Origin: an uncultured Oscillospiraceae bacterium
GTDB taxonomy: Bacteria > Bacillota > Clostridia > Oscillospirales > Oscillospiraceae
Direction of reading: 5' to 3'
Assembly: GCA_944385885.1 (NCBI GenBank)
Contig: CALWYY010000095.1
Location: 10,634-74,633 of the forward strand
DNA: 64,000 nt
The notes below the pieces were generated by a model. It saw only the letters and a program-made list of their open reading frames with translations. It ran no database searches and was not told where the DNA came from. This document shows, in pieces, positions 19,676 through 28,150 of the stretch; position 1 is the first letter of the stretch; each line of letters opens with the position of its first letter. The position numbers and the translations under genes were made by a program.

Positions 19676-19689
19676 TCCCTGTCCCTCCC

Positions 19690-20574
19690 TTATTCGATGT
19701 TCTGAACCTGCTCGCGGATCTTTTCGATCTCGCTTTTGATCTCCACCACCACCTGGGCCGTGGCGGCGTCGCTGCACTTGGACCCGATGGTATTTGCCTC
19801 CCGATTGAACTCCTGGATTAGAAAATCCAGCTTTCGCCCCACCGGCGAGCCTTCCTCCAGCAGGGTTCGGAACTGGGCCATATGGCTGCGCAGGCGAACC
19901 GTCTCCTCGTCCACCGCCGTCTTATCGGCAAAAATCGCCGCCTCGGTAACAATCCGCTGCTCGTCCACGCCTCGGCCGTCCAGCACCTCCCGCAGGCGGT
20001 TTAAAAGCCGTTCCCGGTACTCGGACACGATCTGGGGGGAACGCTCCTCCACCGCGGCAACATACCCCTCAATCGACGCCAATTTTTCCAGGATATCCTC
20101 TTTCAGCCGGGCCCCTTCCCGGGCACGCATGGAATTGAACTCCTCCACAGCCCGCCCGGCGATCTCTCCCAGCCCGGACTCCAGCCCGGCACGGTCCAGC
20201 TGTTTTTTCTCCACCGTCAGAACGTCCGGAAACCGGGCGATGGAGTAGGCGTTGGCCCCGGTTTCCAACCCCAGGCTGTCGGCCAGCTGGATGAGGGCCT
20301 TGTGGTAGCCCTCCGCCAGTTCCCGGTTTACGCAAATTACCGTCTGTCCCTCCCCGGCGGACCCGGCCGTGACAAATACGTCCACCTTTCCCCGGCTGAC
20401 CTGGCCGGATACGGCTTTTTTGACGCATTCCTCTCCCGCCTGCAGTGCCCGGGGCAGGCGCACGGCGCAATCCAAATACCGGTTGTTCACACTTTTGAGC
20501 TCTACGGTGACTTCCATGCCCTCCACCGTGCCCGAGGCGCTGCCGTAGCCGGTCATGCTGCGCAGTTGTGCCAT
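19690..20574 (-). CDS. yicC: YicC family protein (stress-induced, putative endoribonuclease)
   Basis: 294 aa. SMTGYG N-terminus and the C-terminal [12 protein letters not shown] motif. Confidence 0.88.
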   Translation of the reverse strand: MAQLRSMTGYGSASGTVEGMEVTVELKSVNNRYLDCAVRLPRALQAGEECVKKAVSGQVSRGKVDVFVTAGSAGEGQTVICVNRELAEGYHKALIQLADSLGLETGANAYSIARFPDVLTVEKKQLDRAGLESGLGEIAGRAVEEFNSMRAREGARLKEDILEKLASIEGYVAAVEERSPQIVSEYRERLLNRLREVLDGRGVDEQRIVTEAAIFADKTAVDEETVRLRSHMAQFRTLLEEGSPVGRKLDFLIQEFNREANTIGSKCSDAATAQVVVEIKSEIEKIREQVQNIE

Positions 20575-21089
20575 TACTTAAGCCTCCCCTGGATCTTTCG
20601 CATATAAATTAAAATCACCTGCGTCAATGCGTAGTCATACACGCAAAACGCCGCGTCGGCCGCCGCAAAGGCCAGCAGAACCGACCAGGTACTCTCCAAG
20701 GGAACCGCTATAAGCAGTAGTTCCCGCAGAAGGAATAATGCAACGGCAACCACCACGCTGCATACGGCCAGCTTCAGGCCCCAGCGCAAAGCCGGTTGTC
20801 TCAGTCGCTCCAGCGCCAGCTTGATTAGCGGGTAATATCCCAAAAAAACAGCGTACAGCAGCGCCGTGGATTTGGCCGGCAGCAGCAGGAGCCCCAGCGC
20901 CGCCGTGGCGCCGTAACAGCATAACGCCCACCGCAGTCCGCAGCTCATGCGCACCAAGACCACAAACACGCTGGACAGGCAAACTCCTGCCAGCTTCCCC
21001 CATGGGATTACAGAGTCAATAAGCAGTACCGCCACGCCCAGCGCGGTCGCTAAAGCCGACCGGGCTAAATTTCTCGCCGTTATCCTCAT
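20574..21089 (-). CDS. Hypothetical polytopic membrane protein
   Basis: 171 aa with about 5 hydrophobic helices. Its stop shares a nucleotide with the yicC start and it begins 4 nt after the J-domain ORF stop. I do not recognise a family. Confidence 0.5.
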   Translation of the reverse strand: MRITARNLARSALATALGVAVLLIDSVIPWGKLAGVCLSSVFVVLVRMSCGLRWALCCYGATAALGLLLLPAKSTALLYAVFLGYYPLIKLALERLRQPALRWGLKLAVCSVVVAVALFLLRELLLIAVPLESTWSVLLAFAAADAAFCVYDYALTQVILIYMRKIQGRLK

Positions 21090-21093
21090 ACCA

Positions 21094-21702
21094 TCAGCAG
21101 CAGGAGATCAGGTCACCGCCCATCATCTCGCAGCAGCAGTCCAGAACCAGCAGGTTCCCGCAGATGTTGCAGGCGTCCACGCCTTGGTTCATGCCCATGG
21201 GGGAGTAGGGCCTGGCGCCGTTGGACTGCACATAAGCCACCGCCTGCCGGTATTCCATATTGGTGGGATCCATGGTGGCGGCGGTGCGGAAATACCGGGA
21301 CGCCTCGTCCATCCAGCCACGGCGGTAGGCCAGCATCCCCATCAGATAGTTCCACTCCGCGCCCCGGTCCGTAATGGAACCCAAAATCATCTCCGCCCGG
21401 TTCAGATCGCCGCTGTTGATGGCCGCACGGGCATCGGCATAGGGTCCTGAGGTGTGCCCGGACCGGCCCGAGGAGGAGTTGTAGCCGCCGTATTGCCGCT
21501 GGGTACCGCCTCCAGCCCGTTCCTTGGTAATGGCGTCGTAGGCCTCGTTGATCTCTTTCATCTTCTCCTGCGCCAAATCCGCCAGGGGATTATTGACGTA
21601 GTTATCCGGATGGTATTTTCTGGCCAGTTCCCGGTAGGCCCGCTTGATCTCCTCATCGCTGGCGCTGCGGGTAACGCCAAGGGTGACATACGGATCGTTC
21701 AT
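21094..21702 (-). CDS. J-domain protein with TPR-like region and Cys-rich C-terminal tail
   Basis: J domain [29 protein letters not shown] (HPD present). The last 25 aa, [25 protein letters not shown], contain 7 Cys. Start taken at MNDPYV, overlapping the upstream stop by 4 nt. Confidence 0.8.
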   Translation of the reverse strand: MNDPYVTLGVTRSASDEEIKRAYRELARKYHPDNYVNNPLADLAQEKMKEINEAYDAITKERAGGGTQRQYGGYNSSSGRSGHTSGPYADARAAINSGDLNRAEMILGSITDRGAEWNYLMGMLAYRRGWMDEASRYFRTAATMDPTNMEYRQAVAYVQSNGARPYSPMGMNQGVDACNICGNLLVLDCCCEMMGGDLISCC

Positions 21703-22601
21703 ATATTCTCTCCCCGAAAAAGAATGGCGGGCGCCTTGGCCCTCTTTCTGCTCTTGCGCCATTGGCCGGAAAAAACCAGCTCTGTCACTTCCGGTACTCC
21801 GATGGTAATAATGTTTTCCAAAATTGGCTTCCACACGCCGGTATCCAGCAGCGCCAAGGACGCCGCCGCGCTGCGCTGGGATAAGTTCAGCGTAATATGC
21901 AGCTGCGCCTGGTCCTCCTCCCGGAGCGTACCGCCCACAGGGGTAAAACGGTAAATCAGCGGGTTATAGCGCCGGGCATGCACATCCTCCGCCAGGTCAT
22001 CCACCGCGTCCAGGATATAGACCATACGGCCCACGTGGTAAAAGAGCTGCCTCTGGATCCGGCGCCGGCTCTCATCGGGCGTATCCTCAGCCGCAAAGGC
22101 CAGTATTTCTGCAAAGCAATCCGCCGCCCGGTCCAGCACGGGGCATTTCTCCGCCTCCAGCGCTGCCAGCTGCTCCAGACGGCAACGGACCTCCCCGTCA
22201 AAGCCGGGCCGGCGGGCGGCCGCCCGCCGGTAGGCCCGGCCCAGCAGCAGGCGGGCCATCCGGGCGGACAGCCCTCGAAAAAAGGCGCTGTCCGCCACGG
22301 CATCCTGCAACTTCCACCAGGCCAGGATCACACTGTAATCCGCCGCCACCCCCAGAGCCTCGTCCCCGCATACGCAGGGCCGCTTTCGCAGTGGATGCGC
22401 CGGGCAGCGCCTCTCTTCCAGCCTCCCCTCCCCTTGGGACAGGGCCATGGCCAGAAATGTCAGGTCATAGTTGACCACAAACCGTGACAGTAGCCCGCAC
22501 CGGCGGCGCAGCGCCTCGCATAGGCCGCAGTAAGCCGCCCGGAATTGCTGGTATTCCCGGACCTTCAGTTCTCCCCGGTCCGGGCGAATGTATCCGTACA
22601 T
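21699..22601 (-). CDS. DUF5685-like uncharacterised protein
   Basis: 300 aa. N-terminus [36 protein letters not shown] and the later [14 protein letters not shown] give Cys clusters. The family assignment is from memory of the DUF5685 N-terminal pattern. Confidence 0.6.
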   Translation of the reverse strand: MYGYIRPDRGELKVREYQQFRAAYCGLCEALRRRCGLLSRFVVNYDLTFLAMALSQGEGRLEERRCPAHPLRKRPCVCGDEALGVAADYSVILAWWKLQDAVADSAFFRGLSARMARLLLGRAYRRAAARRPGFDGEVRCRLEQLAALEAEKCPVLDRAADCFAEILAFAAEDTPDESRRRIQRQLFYHVGRMVYILDAVDDLAEDVHARRYNPLIYRFTPVGGTLREEDQAQLHITLNLSQRSAAASLALLDTGVWKPILENIITIGVPEVTELVFSGQWRKSRKRAKAPAILFRGENI

Positions 22602-22632
22602 AAGCCGGTTTCTCCTGTTTTACGGTCTCCGC

Positions 22633-23916
22633 TCAGCCCGAGCGCAGGTTAATGTGAACGGTGTAATCGCCAATGACTCCCGCGTTGGGGAACCCATCAA
22701 TGTAAATCCGGACGCCTGGATTGGCCACCCCGGAAGCAATGTTCAGGTTCGCCAGATCCGCCACTGCCCGCAGGTTATTCTCCTGGATCTGTTCCAGCAC
22801 TTCCTCCGGCGCCCGGATAGTCACCGTCAGGTCCTCGGTGATCACCTCGGCCTCACTGCCCTCCGGCACGTTCACGCAGGATATATTGTCGTGATGAATG
22901 GTAAAATTCTTGGTAGACATCCCCAGGATCGTCACCGTCACCACCGCCTCCGTAGTCCCGGTCAGGTTTTCCGTATCGTTGGGCGGCACAATGGTATATG
23001 TCTGGGTAAAATCCATGGCAAAGTCCGACAGATCGATGGTCCCCAGAATCAACTTGCTGACGTCGTCAATGGTAGCCGCATCCCCGGCCAATGTGATGGA
23101 GGCGGGTTTGATATCGATCTGCGTGTTCTCCCGGGTGGCGCCGCCGCCGTCCACGATGGTCACGTCCAATAGGACCGTCTTTGTGGCCAGCACCGACAGG
23201 GTCACCGTCACCTCTTCCGTCTCCCGAATGATGGAGTCGTCGTCGATCACATTCCCATCCCCGTCCTGCAGCTCATAGGTGGTGGAGTACTGCAAGGTCT
23301 TGTCCACCTCCTGCCGGGTGATGGATACGAAAGCCCGCTCCACCTGGCTGACAGCGGATCGCGGCCCGCTGATTTTCACCGCCAGCGGATCAAACCAAAT
23401 GGTATCTGCCGCCAGATACCCCTCCGCAGTGGAGCCGGTAAACTCCCCTTCCACTTCCACCGTTTTAGTAACAAGCCTGTCCACATAGAAATTGATTACG
23501 TCCGTGGACCGGTGCACCACCGTCACGTCGTCCGCAGATACGCCGTTGGGATACTGGATCGTATAGGTGATGGAGTACCGGCCGTCCGACAGCACATTGG
23601 ACAAATCCACCTGGGCGGTAAGATTCGCGGAGGTGAGCCGGCTGATCACCCGCCTTGTCCCTGACAGGGTCAGATCCACCGTGGTGCTGTCCTGTTCCGT
23701 GATTACCAGCCCGCTGGCTTCCCGCAGGGCCTCCTCCCCGGCAAAGACGACCTTGACCCCCGAGAATGTCTTGTCGATCTGCACTCCCTCCGTGGAGGTC
23801 ACATACATCCACAGCAAAAACGCGGCCAGAAGCGATACCACCAGCCAGAATGTCCGGGTGTTTGTGATGTTCTTCCAGTCAATTCTTTTCGTCTCGGCGT
23901 TCTCTTTATGATTCAT
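22633..23916 (-). CDS. cdaR: YbbR-domain protein (CdaR, regulator of diadenylate cyclase)
   Basis: 427 aa. N-terminal TM then repeated YbbR-like beta-rich modules. Overlaps the cdaA stop. Confidence 0.8.
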   Translation of the reverse strand: MNHKENAETKRIDWKNITNTRTFWLVVSLLAAFLLWMYVTSTEGVQIDKTFSGVKVVFAGEEALREASGLVITEQDSTTVDLTLSGTRRVISRLTSANLTAQVDLSNVLSDGRYSITYTIQYPNGVSADDVTVVHRSTDVINFYVDRLVTKTVEVEGEFTGSTAEGYLAADTIWFDPLAVKISGPRSAVSQVERAFVSITRQEVDKTLQYSTTYELQDGDGNVIDDDSIIRETEEVTVTLSVLATKTVLLDVTIVDGGGATRENTQIDIKPASITLAGDAATIDDVSKLILGTIDLSDFAMDFTQTYTIVPPNDTENLTGTTEAVVTVTILGMSTKNFTIHHDNISCVNVPEGSEAEVITEDLTVTIRAPEEVLEQIQENNLRAVADLANLNIASGVANPGVRIYIDGFPNAGVIGDYTVHINLRSG

Positions 23917-24766
23917 TGCCGTCTCCCTTTTCCCGTCTGCGGAAAAGCCGGCGCGGAGCGCCCTCTTCCTCCTCCGACATCAGTTCGTTGTGAAGCAGCT
24001 TCTCAAAGGTCTCCTGAGACAAATGACGTTTGAGCATACCCTCCGTGGCTACGGAAATGGACCCGGTTTCCTCCGAGACGATAACCACCACGGCATCGGA
24101 GACCTCGCTCATGCCGATGCCTGCCCGGTGCCGCATCCCCAGTTCCCGGCTCAGATTGGTGTTGCCGGACAGGGGAAGCATGCACCCAGCCGCCTGGATC
24201 CGCCCCTTGCGCACAATCACGGCGCCGTCGTGGAGAGGCGCTTTAGGGTAGAAAATGTTCTTTAACAGCTCCGCCGTGGTCTCGGCGTTGATGACCGTCC
24301 CGGTGCGGATCTGGTCATCCAGCCGGTTGTCGCGCTCAAAAATGATCAGCGCCCCCGTCCGAGTGGCGGACAAGTCCGCACAGGCCAGTACCGTCTGGGT
24401 AATGGCCGCCTCCGTAGTGAGCATTTGCGCGCCGGAAAAGAGCCGCGTTACGGACCCGCCAGTGCCTAATTTGGCCAGGAACCGCCGGATCTCCGGCTGG
24501 AACAGGATCACCAGCGCCAGCAGTCCCAGGGATACCGTATTGCGAAGAATAAAGTTAACGGCGTACAGCTGCAGTTCCCCAGACAGCCAAAGGGCCAGCA
24601 GTAAAATGATGATCCCCTGAAACACCCGGTAGCTCTGAGTGCGGCGGATCAGAGTGATCAGAAAATAAAACAGCGCCGCTACAAGGAGGATGTCGATAAC
24701 ATCCACGATCCGAATTGCGCCGATGTAACCGAACGCTTGTTTTATGTTTTCCAGAAAATTTTCCAT
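23906..24766 (-). CDS. cdaA: Diadenylate cyclase
   Basis: 286 aa. Three N-terminal TM helices then a DAC domain (TGALIIFERD, HDGAVIV, MRHRAGIG). Confidence 0.92.
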   Translation of the reverse strand: MENFLENIKQAFGYIGAIRIVDVIDILLVAALFYFLITLIRRTQSYRVFQGIIILLLALWLSGELQLYAVNFILRNTVSLGLLALVILFQPEIRRFLAKLGTGGSVTRLFSGAQMLTTEAAITQTVLACADLSATRTGALIIFERDNRLDDQIRTGTVINAETTAELLKNIFYPKAPLHDGAVIVRKGRIQAAGCMLPLSGNTNLSRELGMRHRAGIGMSEVSDAVVVIVSEETGSISVATEGMLKRHLSQETFEKLLHNELMSEEEEGAPRRLFRRREKGDGNES

Positions 24767-24847
24767 AGAGCCGCTCCCGCCTCCGTTTCCGGATGTATCT
24801 TCGCCGTCTTATTATATAGGAATCCATTTATATTAGCAAACGTTAGA

Positions 24848-25975
24848 TTACAATTTGTAACCATTTTTTAAAATATTTTCAAAAACCCCGCAGACTCGAC
24901 GCATTTCCCCCTCCGTATTGAAGGGTCCCAGGCTCAGACGCACCGTACCGGTATCCAACGTACCGCCCGTCTCATGGGCCAGGGGGGCGCAATGCAGGCC
25001 CGCCCGCACCGCCACGCCCGCACCGCCAAGGGCCTCTGCGGCCTCCTCGCAGTTCATGGTTTCTGTTACCACGGACAGGACCCCCGTCTGGGTTCCCGGC
25101 GGTCCCTCTAACAGGCGCAGGCCCGGCAGCGGCCTCAGCCCTGCCGCCAGGTGGGCCATGCCGTCCCCCTCCCTCTCCCGTACGCTGCGCAGGCCGGTGC
25201 GCCGAAGGTACCGCAGGCCCTGCTCCAGCCCCGCAATACCGTATACGTTGACAGTCCCTGCCTCCAGGCGGTCCGGCAAAAAATCCGGCATAGCCCGGGA
25301 AGCGCTCATGCTTCCCGTCCCGCCGAATAGGATGGGTTCGGCTCCTTCCCGGCACAAAAGCAGCCCGGTCCCCTGGGGGCCCAGGAGTCCCTTATGCCCT
25401 GGCATGGCAATAAAAGCGGCTCCCAAGGCGGCAAAATCCAAGTCCAGTACGCCAGCGCTTTGGGCCGCATCCACGATCAAGGGCACACCCTCCTGGCGGC
25501 ACAGGGCCGCGATTTCTTTTATCGGAAGAATAAAGCCATACACGTTGGAGGCATGGGTACAGATTACCGCCTGGGCTCCGGGAATCCGTGCCCGGAACGC
25601 CTCTAACGCTGCGTGGGGCTGGAACAGCGGGGAAGCTGCCACGTCCACCCGGGCGCCCAGGGCGTACAGCGGGCGCATAACGGCATTGTGCTCGTAGCCG
25701 GATACCACCACCCGCCCGCCGGGCGTCACCAGGCTGTGAATGGCAATGTTCAAGCCGTGGGTCGCGTTCATTGTAAAGGCCACCTGTTCCGGGGCCGGGA
25801 CGTGAAACAGAGCGGCGGCTTCTTCCCGGCAGGAGTACACTGTCTCAGCGGCCCGCATGGCCGCGGCATGGGATCCCCGGCCCGGTGTGGCGCAGGTATT
25901 GACGGCCCGGTACACCGCCGCGGCCACTTCCGGCGGTTTCTGCAGGGTGGTGGCAGCGTTGTCCAGGTAGATCAC
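24848..25975 (-). CDS. Class V aminotransferase / cysteine desulfurase-like PLP enzyme
   Basis: GTG start gives VIYLDNAATT. PLP-Lys context MPGHKGLLGPQGTG. Upstream of the GTG, the ORF-track 469-aa frame overlaps the DUF3343 gene. Confidence 0.85.
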   Translation of the reverse strand: MIYLDNAATTLQKPPEVAAAVYRAVNTCATPGRGSHAAAMRAAETVYSCREEAAALFHVPAPEQVAFTMNATHGLNIAIHSLVTPGGRVVVSGYEHNAVMRPLYALGARVDVAASPLFQPHAALEAFRARIPGAQAVICTHASNVYGFILPIKEIAALCRQEGVPLIVDAAQSAGVLDLDFAALGAAFIAMPGHKGLLGPQGTGLLLCREGAEPILFGGTGSMSASRAMPDFLPDRLEAGTVNVYGIAGLEQGLRYLRRTGLRSVREREGDGMAHLAAGLRPLPGLRLLEGPPGTQTGVLSVVTETMNCEEAAEALGGAGVAVRAGLHCAPLAHETGGTLDTGTVRLSLGPFNTEGEMRRVCGVFENILKNGYKL

Positions 25976-26223
25976 GGCTGCACCTCCCGCCAGGAGCCAT
26001 CCATCTCGGCCATGAGCACCCGCCCGTGCTGGATACCGTTGGTCTCCAAAATCTGTAGGACACGGGGAAGCCGGGCAGCTGGCAGCCGTATGCAATAGGT
26101 GCACCCTTGCCGGGAGGTGCCCTGGGGCGCTTTGGTGATGGCCGCCGTGGTACCGGCTCGTTCCAGTATCCTTGAAGCTCTCTGGGCATACGTCAGGGAG
26201 CGAAACAGAATCAACGCGGACAT
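25972..26223 (-). CDS. DUF3343 (putative S/Se carrier-like) protein
   Basis: 83 aa. ILFRSLTYAQRASRILERAG...QGCTYCIRL fits the DUF3343 pattern. Its TGA overlaps the downstream GTG start (GTGA). Confidence 0.75.
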   Translation of the reverse strand: MSALILFRSLTYAQRASRILERAGTTAAITKAPQGTSRQGCTYCIRLPAARLPRVLQILETNGIQHGRVLMAEMDGSWREVQP

Positions 26224-26270
26224 AAAAAATCCCTCCGCAAGAATGAGAGTACCCCATACTATGCGGAGGG
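26224..26270 (-). terminator. Rho-independent terminator after ispF
   Basis: Stem ccctccgca / tgcggaggg, followed on the minus strand by ATTTTTT. The 3' arm (GGAGGG) doubles as the SD of the DUF3343 ORF. Confidence 0.55.
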
Positions 26271-26281
26271 CTCTATGCTGT

Positions 26282-26758
26282 TTACGTCCCGGACAGCAGG
26301 ACCGCCGCCATGGCGGCCATCCCCTCCTCCCGGCCGGTAAAGCCCAGATGCTCCTCGGTGGTGGCTTTGACGTTCACACACCCCAGATCCAGGCCCATGG
26401 CCTCCGCCAGGTTCTGCCGCATGGCCGGAATATAGGGCGCCAGCCTGGGCCGCTGGGCAATCACAGTGGCATCTGCGTTTACCACTCGCCATCCCCCTAT
26501 CTCCAGCCGCCGCATTACCTCCCGGAGCAGCGCCAGGCTGTCTGCCCCAGCATAGGCAGGATCGGTGTCGGGAAACAGCTTGCCAATATCCCCCATGGCC
26601 GCGGCGCCCAGCAGAGCGTCCATCACCGCGTGTGTCAGCACATCGGCGTCTGAGTGGCCCAGGAGGCCTCGCTCCCAGGGGATCTCCACGCCCCCTAAAA
26701 CCAGGCGTCTCCCCTCCGTCAGCCGGTGCACATCGTACCCTTGCCCGACGCGCAGCAT
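26282..26758 (-). CDS. ispF: 2-C-methyl-D-erythritol 2,4-cyclodiphosphate synthase
   Basis: [13 protein letters not shown] and [10 protein letters not shown]. Start at the internal Met (26758); the ORF-track start is 26773. Confidence 0.93.
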   Translation of the reverse strand: MLRVGQGYDVHRLTEGRRLVLGGVEIPWERGLLGHSDADVLTHAVMDALLGAAAMGDIGKLFPDTDPAYAGADSLALLREVMRRLEIGGWRVVNADATVIAQRPRLAPYIPAMRQNLAEAMGLDLGCVNVKATTEEHLGFTGREEGMAAMAAVLLSGT

Positions 26759-26762
26759 CCTA

Positions 26763-27482
26763 TCATCCCCCACGGCTTCGAAGTATGGCGGACGCCGTCT
26801 GCATGTCCAGAGGGCGGGTGATCTTGATGTTTTCCGGCGACCCCTCGGTAAGCCGCACAGGGATTCCCATGGCCTCCGCCGCCGCGCAGTCGTCTGTGTA
26901 CTCCTTCCCCTCCCGCAGAGCGCGGGTAAGGGCTGCCTTAATCAGATCCGGCTGGAACGCCTGTGGGGTCTGTATGGCCGCCAGCCGGCTGCGCTCCAGC
27001 GTACGGATCACCGTTTCGCCCTGGGTCTCCTTCACCGTGTCCGTTACCGGCACCGCTGGCGCGGCGCACTTATACAGGGCGGCCCCGTGCACCGCCTTCC
27101 ATACCACCTCTTCGGTAACCAGCGGCCGCGCACCGTCGTGAATAATCACAATCCGCGCCCCCCGGCGGATCTGCACCAGCCCCGCCAGCGCCGACGCGTT
27201 TCGGGTGCTGCCGCCGCAGACTACCTTCTTTACCTTTAAAGCCCCGTAATCCCGGCACAGCTTTGCCGCCTGCTCCAGCCGGTCTGGCCGCACCACCAGC
27301 ACTATCTCCTCCACGCATCCGCAGCCGTTCAGCGCCATTAGCGTCCTGGCCAGCACCGGGATACCTTCCAGAGGCATAAAAAGCTTATCCTCACCCATGC
27401 GCAGGGATGAGCCCGCCGCCACTACCACCGCGCTGCACGTGGTGTTCTTCGCCCGGCGGATCAAATCCGAAACCTTCGACAT
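26763..27482 (-). CDS. ispD: 2-C-methyl-D-erythritol 4-phosphate cytidylyltransferase
   Basis: 239 aa. [11 protein letters not shown] glycine-rich loop and IHDGARP. Confidence 0.92.
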   Translation of the reverse strand: MSKVSDLIRRAKNTTCSAVVVAAGSSLRMGEDKLFMPLEGIPVLARTLMALNGCGCVEEIVLVVRPDRLEQAAKLCRDYGALKVKKVVCGGSTRNASALAGLVQIRRGARIVIIHDGARPLVTEEVVWKAVHGAALYKCAAPAVPVTDTVKETQGETVIRTLERSRLAAIQTPQAFQPDLIKAALTRALREGKEYTDDCAAAEAMGIPVRLTEGSPENIKITRPLDMQTASAILRSRGG

Positions 27483-27501
27483 CGTCTTTCCCTTCCGGCC
27501 T

Positions 27502-27981
27502 CTACTGCATGCAGGCGTTCAGCCGGGCCTCCGCCTCTTCATAGGTGGAGTCCTCCGCCAAAACGATCTCCGACAGCAGGATCTGCTTGGCGGAGTGGAG
27601 CATCCGCCGTTCCCCTGTGGAGAGGCCCCGTTCTACGTCCCGGCACATGAGGCATTTAATCACCGCCGCCACCTCCCGGATATCCCCGCTGCGGATACGC
27701 ATCATGTTCTCCCGGTACCGCTTGTTCCAGTTGGCCGTCATGTTTACGTGAATATCCGGGATAAGGGAAAAAAGCGATTCAATCTCCCCGGCGTCCACCA
27801 CAGGGCGCACACCAATGTTCTGGCAGGACTCCACCGGGATCTTCACCACCATACCACCTCCTGGCAACCGTAGGACATAGTACTGCCTGTCCGCCCCACC
27901 GATCCTCTGGGTCTCAATATGGTCAATTATACCCGCCCCATGAAGAGGGTGGACGATCCGGTCGCCGATTTGAAAGGGCAT
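27502..27981 (-). CDS. carD: CarD family transcriptional regulator
   Basis: MPFQIGDRIVHPLHGAGII N-terminus (Tudor-like RNAP-interacting domain). Start at the internal Met (27981). Confidence 0.9.
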   Translation of the reverse strand: MPFQIGDRIVHPLHGAGIIDHIETQRIGGADRQYYVLRLPGGGMVVKIPVESCQNIGVRPVVDAGEIESLFSLIPDIHVNMTANWNKRYRENMMRIRSGDIREVAAVIKCLMCRDVERGLSTGERRMLHSAKQILLSEIVLAEDSTYEEAEARLNACMQ

Positions 27982-28087
27982 CGCCAGTCTCCTTTCCCGA
28001 AAAAGTGCACAATACAATATAATAATATTATACACGTTTTTCCTTTTTTAGCAAGGCGCGGCAGGAAAAATATCTGGCACACAGCGC

Positions 28088-28123
28088 AAAAAAGCATCCC
28101 GCCTCCCTAAGGAAGCGGGATGC
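28088..28123 (-). terminator. Rho-independent terminator after ispH/S1
   Basis: Stem gcatcccgc / gcgggatgc with a 12-nt loop, followed on the minus strand by TTTTTT. Confidence 0.65.
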
Positions 28124-28150
28124 CCGGCGCGCGGATTTCCGCGTTTTGGC

